63,769 nt of DNA from Candidatus Omnitrophota bacterium (GCA_030637405.1 DAOWGP010000040.1:1-63769); one strand, 5' to 3'. Shown: positions 8,543 to 16,419, numbered from the stretch's first letter. Made by a program: numbers and translations. The notes: a model not told the origin generated them from the sequence alone.

Positions 8543-8558
8543 AGCAAATACCATGCCA
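8543..8558 (-). promoter_or_regulatory. Sigma54 (-24/-12) promoter candidate
   Basis: Minus strand TGGCATGGTATTTGCT fits TGGCAC-N5-TTGCW, with GG and GC at canonical spacing. It lies about 54 nt upstream of the ATG at 8489. A sigma54 enhancer-binding regulator is encoded at 2289-3695. Confidence 0.65.
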
Positions 8559-8787
8559 ACAATAACCCTTTAGTAAAGAATTTTTGTGTGTTATAAATTA
8601 TTGGTAGTGAATATTTTGTGACACGAAAAAATCGAATAGTTAGACATTCCAGGATAGGTATGGACAGACTATACTAAATACCACATTATTCATGTTGACA
8701 TTTTTGAACACATGTTTAAAGGAGTCTACATTATATAGTAGTATTAATTTTTAATACTATACTATGTGGTAGCTAATAAGACTATGT

Positions 8788-9426
8788 TCAGGGGAGATAT
8801 TGATGCAGGTGGGGAACAATCAACCGGCCAAACTTCTTTATACGCTCGCTGGCCTCAGATTCATTCTCATGTTTGACTGTGGAAGAAATCCTTATAAGAG
8901 CGCTGCTGGCAGGACTCCCAAGAAAAGACTTCATGGCAATAAGCCCTTGTTGAATCCAGTAATTTGATGTGAAGGAATCGCCGACTTTGAACCAATAGAC
9001 AAAGATCTGCTCGGTCCTCCCCCTCTCTACCGTCAACCGGTTGACTTCGATTCTTTCATCTTCCGATACCGAAACAAAAGAATCATGAACATTGTTTAGG
9101 ATCGTGGCCCCTCCCCCGGTATAGCATATCTCCGGCGGGTGGGATACTTTCCGGTTGTTCTGGGAGTACACAACAAACAAGTAAACTTCTTCACCTTGTG
9201 TATTCGAATAACGCCGGACAAAAACATTATCCGTTTCAAGAAGGGCTTTATCATCCTTTGAAATCGGTATTTCTTCTGCCGCCCAACCCCCGATCTCCTT
9301 TGGGAAAAAATGAATATTGACACTATCTTCCTGACGGTAAACCTTGAAATAAACCCGCCATGACACAGTGCCGGCAAACACAAAAAGCACAAGAATGAAC
9401 CAATAGCTAAGATCCTTTAACTTCAT
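8788..9426 (-). CDS. EpsI-family exosortase-associated protein
   Basis: 212 aa with one N-terminal TM segment. Motifs include FPKEIGGW...E and VSHPPEICYTGGG, the latter analogous to the EpsI H.P..C..G.G motif. ATGA overlap with the exosortase gene. Confidence 0.7.
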   Translation of the reverse strand: MKLKDLSYWFILVLFVFAGTVSWRVYFKVYRQEDSVNIHFFPKEIGGWAAEEIPISKDDKALLETDNVFVRRYSNTQGEEVYLFVVYSQNNRKVSHPPEICYTGGGATILNNVHDSFVSVSEDERIEVNRLTVERGRTEQIFVYWFKVGDSFTSNYWIQQGLIAMKSFLGSPASSALIRISSTVKHENESEASERIKKFGRLIVPHLHQYLP

Positions 9427-10241
9427 TCCAAGATCCTCCCGGCAACGAACAGTAAAATAAAGGCAAGGGCAAAAACAAGAAAGCCTGAGGCGTCATGAAT
9501 AAACCCGACGGCATATTTAGGCCCCCAAATTTCAGCGATCGAAGAAAGGAAAATGATCCGCGCGACATTAGTTACGATAGCAATGGGAATAGTAATAATA
9601 AAAAGAAGATATTTTCTGACTATGGACGATTTCATCCAGTACGCAAAAATGCTTCCCAAAGCCATCAAAGAGATCAGTGACCTTAATCCACTGCAGACAT
9701 CATCAACGACGATTTGAGCATTGCGCATATGGATCAAGCTGCCTTCGCGCAAAGCCGGGATGCCGGCATTATTTAAAATATCCGTAGCAATTTTTGCCGC
9801 AAAAATCTTCATTTTGAAACTGATATTGGTAATGATCACTAACGGGACGGGAATCATAAAGACTAAAAACAGGACAGGAAAAAGGATTTTCTTGAAAACA
9901 GCAAAACCGTAAAAGAACAAGATCAACCCGACTAACACGATCAACATGGAAAATCCGGAAATAAAATAGACCCGCATCAGCGACGCGAAGATATGCATAA
10001 GCATGCCGGTGATGATCAGGAACATCCCCCATCCTGAACTGATCTTTTTGATCGAAGCGAGATCTTCCCTCTTCTGCCAGACCAGGAACACAACCACAAA
10101 GGGTATAAGAATGCCGTGGCTGTAATAGGAATCCCGCGCGAACCACCTATCCCACATCCAGATAAAAGTCGGAACATAGGTCAAAAGGAAGAGAATGGTT
10201 ATGGAGAACTGCTTAACGTAAGATTTGATAGAAATTTGCAT
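9423..10241 (-). CDS. Exosortase (EpsH/Xrt family), short 272-aa form
   Basis: Polytopic. It carries WDRWFARDSYYSHGILIPFVV, the catalytic-type motif VCSGLRSLISL, and the downstream VTNVARIIFL. Confidence 0.85.
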   Translation of the reverse strand: MQISIKSYVKQFSITILFLLTYVPTFIWMWDRWFARDSYYSHGILIPFVVVFLVWQKREDLASIKKISSGWGMFLIITGMLMHIFASLMRVYFISGFSMLIVLVGLILFFYGFAVFKKILFPVLFLVFMIPVPLVIITNISFKMKIFAAKIATDILNNAGIPALREGSLIHMRNAQIVVDDVCSGLRSLISLMALGSIFAYWMKSSIVRKYLLFIITIPIAIVTNVARIIFLSSIAEIWGPKYAVGFIHDASGFLVFALAFILLFVAGRILE

Positions 10242-10741
10242 TGAAATAGATTGTTTGAAATTAATGGAAATTATTTGTTCCGTTCGTTAGTGTTATTGTT
10301 TTTTGAATTATAGATCGCTTTGATAAAATTTGTTAATTTTAAGGATAAGTTCTCGGAAATTGCTTTCATAGAATCATATTTGTTTTAGAAGCTTTTTTCC
10401 GTTCATAGAGCAATTCCAACCAATGCGCGAAAGATTCACTTAAAGAAGCCCGAGAGGTATAATACTTGATCTTGTCTAAATAATGATACCTGCGATACCC
10501 CTCGGCTATATTGGATCCTACTGAATCTGTCGACTCAATAAATTGATCTCCCATAATCTTTTTATCTTGCCAGCTAAGCTCCTCGTATATTCCCCAAGCT
10601 ATTGATGACATTTTTCTTGCCAGCCCATAGACCTCTAGATCTTTTAATGGAATGTACTTATTCACCCGAAACACCTATTCGTCCGTCACAACCAATTTCA
10701 ATAAATTTCAATCAATTTCTACCAATTTCTATAAATTCCAA
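10241..10741. repeat. Four-helix-bundle gene cassette A bracketed by inverted arrays of GAAATT-type periodic repeats
   Basis: Left arm 10254-10272 is TTTGAAATTAATGGAAATT. The reverse complement of right arm 10694-10712 is ATTGAAATTTATTGAAATT, a 16/19 match. The right arm is a 5-unit AATTTC-N4-5 array (10691-10741). Confidence 0.6.
10366..10674 (-). CDS. Four-helix-bundle protein (23S rRNA intervening-sequence protein / Avd family)
   Basis: 102 aa. The signature (DQFIESTDSVGSNIAEGYRRY...Y..SRASLSE...WL) is typical of the TIGR02436/PF05635-type family as I recall it. Confidence 0.75.
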   Translation of the reverse strand: MFRVNKYIPLKDLEVYGLARKMSSIAWGIYEELSWQDKKIMGDQFIESTDSVGSNIAEGYRRYHYLDKIKYYTSRASLSESFAHWLELLYERKKASKTNMIL

Positions 10742-10784
10742 TCCCACACCCTCATCCTCGACTCACAACCCATACCCACCCAAA

Positions 10785-11933
10785 TCAATCCCTCGCCTTT
10801 TCCCACGTAATGTCCTGCCGCGCCGCAAAAAATCTTAAAAAACCGATCAGCGCGGAGAAATTCAATAAACAAAAAACATACGGGATATAACATACCTTTG
10901 AAACGGTCTTCAGAATACCATATTTTTGATGTCTTGCCAAGCCGCCAATCACCGCCATAATGTAGAACAGTTTCTGCAGGTCAAAAAGCATTTGATACAA
11001 TAGCTCCCCGGTCAGGCTCCAATTGATAAAAAAGAGCGCGACCATAAACAACGGGATCAATACACGCAAAAGCTTATGCGAGAATAACTGAAAAGCGATA
11101 GGGCTTTTCGCGGGATTGAACATCTCCCGAAAGACCCAAAAGATCTGATAATTCCCGAAAAGTGTCCGCGTCTTGCGCCGATGTTCCTCCCTCGAGCTGT
11201 CGGCAACCTCATCGTAGGCAATAGCTGAAGAGTCGAAAACCGCGCGATACCCACTTTGAATAATTTTAAATGGCACAAACATGTCATCAAGAACGATATC
11301 TTCCGGTATTTCCGTAAATAATTCCCTGCGGATCGCGTAGATCGCTCCGGTGGCCCCCAGCATCGAATGGACATGGCTCTCCGCGCGGCGAATGAACTTT
11401 TCATAATTCCAATAAAGGTTAATTCCCCGAGCAGTCGCTCCGTCTTTCTTGGAAAACATCAATTCGCCACTGACACACCCAACCTGAGAATCATTGAAAT
11501 TGCTGACCAGAACTTTAACCGCGTCCCTTTCAAAAATCTGCCGGGCATCGGTAAAGACAATGATCTCATTCTTGGCTTTCTTGACCAGATCATTGAGCGT
11601 TGCCATCTTTCCCCGTCGCTGAGCATCCTCGATCAAATGAACGCGGGGATCGATAAACTGCCGTATCATGTCATTGGTTTGGTCGCTCGAGCCGTCGGAC
11701 CCGATGAGGATCTCGATCTTTTCAGCCGGGTAATCTAAGGACAAGAGGTTCTTGATCTTGCTTTTAATGACATCTTCTTCGTTCCAAATGGAAAGGATGA
11801 CCGATACCGCCGGTTCACATTCCCCTTTTTCTATCGGGCGGCGCGGAATGTAACTGAGGCAGGCCACAACGACGGGATAACCGAAGTAACAGTAACAGAT
11901 AAGGAAAATGAGAGTCCAAAAAACAAAAGTCAT
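10785..11933 (-). CDS. Membrane-integrated family 2 glycosyltransferase (synthase-like topology)
   Basis: 382 aa. N-terminal TM, VSVILSIWNEE...GSDGSSDQT and TDARQ motifs, then C-terminal TM helices after EEHRRKTRTLFGNYQ. Confidence 0.75.
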   Translation of the reverse strand: MTFVFWTLIFLICYCYFGYPVVVACLSYIPRRPIEKGECEPAVSVILSIWNEEDVIKSKIKNLLSLDYPAEKIEILIGSDGSSDQTNDMIRQFIDPRVHLIEDAQRRGKMATLNDLVKKAKNEIIVFTDARQIFERDAVKVLVSNFNDSQVGCVSGELMFSKKDGATARGINLYWNYEKFIRRAESHVHSMLGATGAIYAIRRELFTEIPEDIVLDDMFVPFKIIQSGYRAVFDSSAIAYDEVADSSREEHRRKTRTLFGNYQIFWVFREMFNPAKSPIAFQLFSHKLLRVLIPLFMVALFFINWSLTGELLYQMLFDLQKLFYIMAVIGGLARHQKYGILKTVSKVCYIPYVFCLLNFSALIGFLRFFAARQDITWEKARD

Positions 11934-11970
11934 ATGTAATCTTATACTGGTTATGATACAAGATATAGTA

Positions 11971-12235
11971 GATTGAAATTGTTTGAAATTAGTGGAAATT
12001 CTTTGAAATTAATTGTGAGCATTTGAAAAAATTATCGTGACAGTGGTTTTTAAAACCATGCCATCCTCAAATAACATTTTTTCAGAGATCTCAACTAATC
12101 CCAAAAAATTTCTACCACTTTCTACTCATTTCAACAAATTTCAACCAATTACTACCAATCCCCATTCTCCCCCAAACATCTCGTCCCACAACTTACAACC
12201 CAACCAAATTTCTATCAATTTCCATCAATTTCAAC
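11971..12235. repeat. Gene-less element with the same GAAATT-type inverted repeat arrays (MITE-like derivative of cassette A)
   Basis: Left arm 11983-12010 is TTGAAATTAGTGGAAATTCTTTGAAATT. The reverse complement of 12207-12234 is TTGAAATTGATGGAAATTGATAGAAATT, a 23/28 match. There is an extra internal array at 12107-12150. No credible ORF lies between the arms. Confidence 0.55.
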
Positions 12236-12269
12236 TTCTTATATCGTGTGTCTTGCATCTTGTGTCTTT

Positions 12270-13046
12270 TTATATTTTCAACAATGTCTTGCGTATCCAA
12301 TCATACACCCCTTCGCCGAAAAATCTTTTAATAGCACTTTTGCTTTTACCAATCAGACGTTCATGAGCCGGAGTGTCGCCGGTAACAGCCTGTTTAAAAC
12401 GTTTAATCGGCCAGCTGGCTTTTACAGCCACGCGGCTTAAGCACTCTAAATTCAAAGCCCTCGGCCGGTCCGAAATGAACACGTATTTATAGCCGCAATC
12501 GTAAGCCATGCGAATCACTTTATTGTTGCAAAAACCCCTGGGCATTGAAAAAGCATCGACATTGATATTGAGATTACGCTCGAGATATCTTTTTGAAGCG
12601 CGCAATTCCTCTTCGACCTGCGAATCCAGAAGATTCGTGAGGATCTCGTGGCTGAATCCGTGAGAACCGATAACCATTCCTGCCTCATGCAGTGCCCGCA
12701 GCTCATCCCATCCCATATAACCGGGTTCACCGATGCGCTTAGCAATAATAAAGAAATGAGCGGGAAACCCGCATTTCTTCAAGACCGGAAGAGCCTGATC
12801 ATAATTATTCATCTCACCATCGTCAAAAGTCAATATGACCTGGCATGCGCCCGGAGCCGGCGCCGCCTCATTAAGAATATCAATTTTATATTGCTCTGCT
12901 TCCAGCCATTCCATTTGCTTCTGAAAGTTCACCGTCGCGACATCATAGAGATCCGCCCCCGCCTCCCTCTCTTTGGGAAGGGCCGTCCACTCAGAAACAA
13001 TACCGTGATACATAAGGACTAATGGTTGTAAAGATAGTTTGGACAT
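12270..13046 (-). CDS. Polysaccharide deacetylase (CE4 / NodB-type)
   Basis: 258 aa with the motifs ILTFDDGEMNNY and GSHGFSHE. Confidence 0.8.
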   Translation of the reverse strand: MSKLSLQPLVLMYHGIVSEWTALPKEREAGADLYDVATVNFQKQMEWLEAEQYKIDILNEAAPAPGACQVILTFDDGEMNNYDQALPVLKKCGFPAHFFIIAKRIGEPGYMGWDELRALHEAGMVIGSHGFSHEILTNLLDSQVEEELRASKRYLERNLNINVDAFSMPRGFCNNKVIRMAYDCGYKYVFISDRPRALNLECLSRVAVKASWPIKRFKQAVTGDTPAHERLIGKSKSAIKRFFGEGVYDWIRKTLLKI

Positions 13047-13052
13047 GGCTCC

Positions 13053-13550
13053 ATAAATGTCAAATGAAAAATGACAAATGCCAAATTAATGATAAATGAC
13101 AAATGTCAAATATTCAGGAATTTGCTTGTGATTTCTTAATGATACTGCTCAAAATCAGCAATATTTCATTACATTCCTTGATCGACCAGTCTAACTCGTT
13201 TTTAATCGATGTATTGTGGATCGGAACAATAGCTTTTAATAATTTTACCCAATGTCTGGATTCCCTTGCCTCCCGTCTCGATATCCCGACCTTATTAATA
13301 AAATCTTTCTTCGTTAATGCCCCATCTGCCTCTTCAAGATTAGCTCCTATTGATCCACTTGATCGGATCAATTGCCGGCCATATTCACTAACTGATATTC
13401 TTTCAGGCAGCTTTTCTATAAGCTTAACAGTTCTAACAGAAAACTCAAACACCCTGTCATATATATCAAATTTCTTTTTTCACTCATCGCTCAACCATTT
13501 ATTTATCATTTTTCATTTGGAATTCATTTGACATTTGTCATTTGTCATTA
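13053..13550. repeat. Four-helix-bundle gene cassette C bracketed by inverted arrays of CAAATG/TGTCATTTG periodic repeats
   Basis: Left array 13053-13112, right array 13501-13550. 13055-13068 (AAATGTCAAATGAA) is perfectly complementary to 13523-13536 (TTCATTTGACATTT). Confidence 0.6.
13114..13452 (-). CDS. Four-helix-bundle protein (23S-IVS/Avd family), N-terminally truncated relative to its paralog by a homopolymer frameshift
   Basis: 112 aa with a GTG start. Highly similar (the large majority of aligned residues identical by eye) to 15463-15837 (…LIRSSGSIGANLEEADGALTKKDFINKVGISRREARESRHW…). The upstream ATG at 13487 falls out of frame at the A6 run at 13475-13480; the paralog has A7. Confidence 0.7.
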   Translation of the reverse strand: MFEFSVRTVKLIEKLPERISVSEYGRQLIRSSGSIGANLEEADGALTKKDFINKVGISRREARESRHWVKLLKAIVPIHNTSIKNELDWSIKECNEILLILSSIIKKSQANS

Positions 13551-13566
13551 GCTTTCCTTCTTTGGT

Positions 13567-14196
13567 CTACTTCTCCACAACCGCCTTTTTCAGGCCCTTC
13601 ACTGTTGCCTTAAGCATATACAAGCCCTGTAGTTTCTTCCGCGCGGCATCATCGCCCGGGTCATTCTGAACTCTTTTCTCATATTCGCGGATACGCCCTT
13701 CGATGCGCTCAAGCTGCTGCCGGAACTGCTCCGGCGTCTTTTTGATCCCCTTAAAAGCATCGCCTTCAGACATGCGGTCTATGATATCTGCTTCCCGGAC
13801 TGTTTTTCTCATCGATGAATTCCAGCGGCGCTGGTTCTGGAGCAAGGCGCCCCGCTCTTGCGTTTTAATATTGTATTCCTCCGGGTCACTGAAGATTATC
13901 TCCGGTAGGACCTTCTCCTTGATCTGCTCAACGATCACAGGTTTCACCGGCAACCGCGCTGATAACGGCTTCCTTTTCTCCGGTATTTGGATCTTAAGCT
14001 GCCGATCAACCGAAATATTGATCGCCCGGAATGTGATAAAAAATACAAACACCGAGGCGATAATGGCATACAACGCATATCGATAATAATTATACTCCCT
14101 CACGTGCCTGGGAACTGACGCGCTTGCGCGCTTGCGCCGTTTTTTCGCCCTTGCGATCCTGGGCTCTTTTGCTCTTGTGCTCCTACGCTGTATCAT
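13567..14196 (-). CDS. Hypothetical bitopic protein (basic N-terminus, one TM, about 140-aa extracytoplasmic part)
   Basis: The start is moved to the ATG at 14196 (MIQRRSTRAKEPR…). It sits 1 nt after the upstream stop and is preceded by GGAGGG. TM segment: YALYAIIASVFVFFITF. Confidence 0.5.
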   Translation of the reverse strand: MIQRRSTRAKEPRIARAKKRRKRASASVPRHVREYNYYRYALYAIIASVFVFFITFRAINISVDRQLKIQIPEKRKPLSARLPVKPVIVEQIKEKVLPEIIFSDPEEYNIKTQERGALLQNQRRWNSSMRKTVREADIIDRMSEGDAFKGIKKTPEQFRQQLERIEGRIREYEKRVQNDPGDDAARKKLQGLYMLKATVKGLKKAVVEK

Positions 14197-14197
14197 G

Positions 14198-15325
14198 CTA
14201 TATTTCCCTCCACGAACTCGGATTCTTCGTGTAGCCGGAAACTCCGCCTCCCACCAAACCCTCAAATCCCGGAGGAACGACCCCTCTTTTTCTCATGTCC
14301 GCGTAATTAAAAGTTTTTGTCGACCAGACTTCACGGATAATGATCCCTTCATTGGCAACCACGCTGCCATTGGTCACCGACGTGTCGTGCATCTCATCAA
14401 AATAGGCGCTCCCATGAGTATAAATCATGCCATTGTGAATGCTGGGCAAGGCCGCGGTCTCAAAGTAATCCGACCAGGCAATAATATTCAACTGTGAATC
14501 TTTTTGCGCCAGGCCCGCCTGATTGTGCGTGACCGTGCCCGTCGCAATAACGGTCAGGCTTTGTCCTTTTTCAAGCGCCCCGGTAAACTGAATGATCGCA
14601 TTCCCCTCGCCTTCCCGCCGGCCTTCAATGTAAATGATCTTCTTGCCTTCAAGCGATTCATCCGGCGTGATCGTATAAGTGTCATTGCCCTGGATATAAA
14701 CCACTTCATCTTCCGGATAGCTGGCAATAAGATTACGGTAAAAAGCAATAAAGTCGGAGAACTCATCAGGAGTCCCATTACCGTCAGCATCGGGATAAGT
14801 TATCGAGACAAGCGCATCATTCACACCCTCCTGGACATCCTCAAAAAAGGTAAGCGGATACGTGGCCGTATTGATCACGTTCCCTCCGAGGCGTAATTTA
14901 TCATTGATCATCAGCGACGACTTACGCCCCTCGATGAACACGCTTCCCTTCGTTGACATAGTGCTCTCAAAGATCGTCGATAGAGCGGGATATTTGATCT
15001 GTATGCTCCGCCGGCTCCCCCCGGTGGTACCGGTCGACGTCACAAGCCGGTATTTCCGGTTGGAATCATCCTTGAGAATCTCGATCATCCCGTTTTCTTC
15101 ATTAATCATTTTTGATCCTGTTTCGTTAAGGATTTCCGGGTCCGCAAGGAATTGATTGATTCCTGCTTCGGCAAGCCAGAAAGCCGCCGTTGTATCCTGA
15201 TGCCGGCGCGCGTCATTGAGTTCGGTAAAATTGAAAAGCGCCACGCTTGACGACAATGTTACCAGAACGAACAAAGCCATGTAAACGGCAATTAAAACGG
15301 CCCCTTTATTGTTTGATAGGTTCAT
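14198..15325 (-). CDS. GspK/PilX-like minor pseudopilin (no Glu5-type prepilin motif)
   Basis: 375 aa. The N-terminus, NNKGAVLIAVYMALFVLVTLSS…AAFWLAEAGINQ, resembles the PilX_N/GspK N-terminal region. Confidence 0.55.
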   Translation of the reverse strand: MNLSNNKGAVLIAVYMALFVLVTLSSSVALFNFTELNDARRHQDTTAAFWLAEAGINQFLADPEILNETGSKMINEENGMIEILKDDSNRKYRLVTSTGTTGGSRRSIQIKYPALSTIFESTMSTKGSVFIEGRKSSLMINDKLRLGGNVINTATYPLTFFEDVQEGVNDALVSITYPDADGNGTPDEFSDFIAFYRNLIASYPEDEVVYIQGNDTYTITPDESLEGKKIIYIEGRREGEGNAIIQFTGALEKGQSLTVIATGTVTHNQAGLAQKDSQLNIIAWSDYFETAALPSIHNGMIYTHGSAYFDEMHDTSVTNGSVVANEGIIIREVWSTKTFNYADMRKRGVVPPGFEGLVGGGVSGYTKNPSSWREI

Positions 15326-15347
15326 AACGTGTCTTTAGCTAGTTAAC

Positions 15348-15909
15348 AAAAATGCCAAATGAAAAATATCAAATGATACATCGCGCTTCGCGCAAGTACT
15401 CCTCGCAATAATCCCGAGCAAAGCGAGGGGAAAATAAATGTCAAATTCCAAAATCTAAATAATTAAGAACCCTTCTGGGTTTTCTTAATGATACTGCTCA
15501 AAATCAATAATATTTCATGGCACTCATTAATCAACCAATCTAATTCCTTTTTATCGGATATATTCTGAATCGGAACAACAGCTTTCAATAACTTTAACCA
15601 ATGCCGAGATTCCCTTGCCTCTCTCCTGGATATTCCAACCTTATTAATAAAATCCTTCTTCGTTAATGCCCCATCTGCTGCCTCAAGATTAGATCCCATT
15701 GAACCACTTGACCTAATTAATTGCCGACTATATTCTCTGGCTGATATACTTTTAGGCAATTTCTCTAGAAATTTAACTGTTCTTGCGGAAAACTTAAATA
15801 TCCGATCATATATATCAAACTTCTTTTTTTCGATCATTTTTCAACTATCCAATTTGTCATTTATCATTTGGTTTTCATTTGACATTTGTCATTTGCTCAT
15901 TTGTCATTA
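15348..15909. repeat. Four-helix-bundle gene cassette D bracketed by inverted CAAATG-type periodic repeat arrays (with a nested small palindrome)
   Basis: Left array 15348-15379 plus 15431-15458; right array 15851-15909. 15354-15378 matches the reverse complement of 15861-15883 in two blocks (12 and 9 nt). There is a nested CCTCGC…GCGAGG hairpin at about 15400-15430. Confidence 0.55.
15463..15837 (-). CDS. Four-helix-bundle protein (23S-IVS/Avd family)
   Basis: 124 aa. Full-length paralog of 13114-13452. Confidence 0.8.
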   Translation of the reverse strand: MIEKKKFDIYDRIFKFSARTVKFLEKLPKSISAREYSRQLIRSSGSMGSNLEAADGALTKKDFINKVGISRREARESRHWLKLLKAVVPIQNISDKKELDWLINECHEILLILSSIIKKTQKGS

Positions 15910-15921
15910 TTAACAATGTTT

Positions 15922-16419
15922 TTAGCGGAAGAACGGCGTTTTTGAACGTAAAGCAACCCTTTCCTTTAATGCCGCTTTTGCCATCTGCCCATCCGACATC
16001 CGCTTGCTTGCTGTAATATCGATAATCACGACATCTTTCAAATATTGAAAAGAAAGATCGGAAATGTATTGTGCCATGATCCGTTTTTTAAAACGGTTCC
16101 GCCGGATGATCCTGCCGGCATCGCGCCCTTTATTCCTCCAAATATACGAAACAGGGCCGGTCAACGGGATATAAAAATGGACGGCGCTCCCGTCGGGGCC
16201 CTCAATGACCCGCACATTTTCGGCCGCCCGCAGTTCATTGACCATCCCTAAAAGAGCCCTACGCGCTTCCCGTCTTGCCGCGACCGAATCGTTATAATGA
16301 ACCCAGGCCTTGTTCCCGACGATATAGGTTGAATAGATCCCCGCGAAGACAACCGTAGAAATGAGAGCCGTAACCAGCGCCTCGACAAGAGTAAATGCTT
16401 TTTTATTATGTGTCCTCAT
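15922..16419 (-). CDS. GspJ/PilW-like minor pseudopilin with prepilin-type N-terminal methylation motif
   Basis: The start is moved to the ATG at 16419 (ATGA overlap with the upstream stop). The N-terminus reads MRTHNKKAFTLVEALVTALISTVVFAG, followed by ARREARRALLGMVNELRAA. Confidence 0.65.
   Translation of the reverse strand: MRTHNKKAFTLVEALVTALISTVVFAGIYSTYIVGNKAWVHYNDSVAARREARRALLGMVNELRAAENVRVIEGPDGSAVHFYIPLTGPVSYIWRNKGRDAGRIIRRNRFKKRIMAQYISDLSFQYLKDVVIIDITASKRMSDGQMAKAALKERVALRSKTPFFR

Noticed and set aside
12037-12366. Plus-strand ORFs across repeat spacers (12037-12366, 10602-10838, 13103-13531).
   Set aside because: They translate the A/T-rich periodic repeats into low-complexity peptides. 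They run antisense to the operon and into neighbouring genes.
10785-13046. Interpreting the membrane GT2 + CE4 deacetylase pair as a PgaC/PgaB-type PNAG synthase system.
   Set aside because: The GT2 lacks a clear Q(R/Q)xRW motif (it has RRKTRT instead). The deacetylase is a small single-domain protein, and no PgaA/PgaD equivalents are present. The evidence is insufficient.
13053-13112. The periodic short repeats flanking the four-helix-bundle genes (also at 10691-10741, 11971-12010, 15851-15909 and 61273-61398) were considered as CRISPR arrays.
   Set aside because: The repeat unit is only about 10-12 nt with no spacers of 25 nt or more. The arrays occur as inverted pairs, and no cas genes are present.
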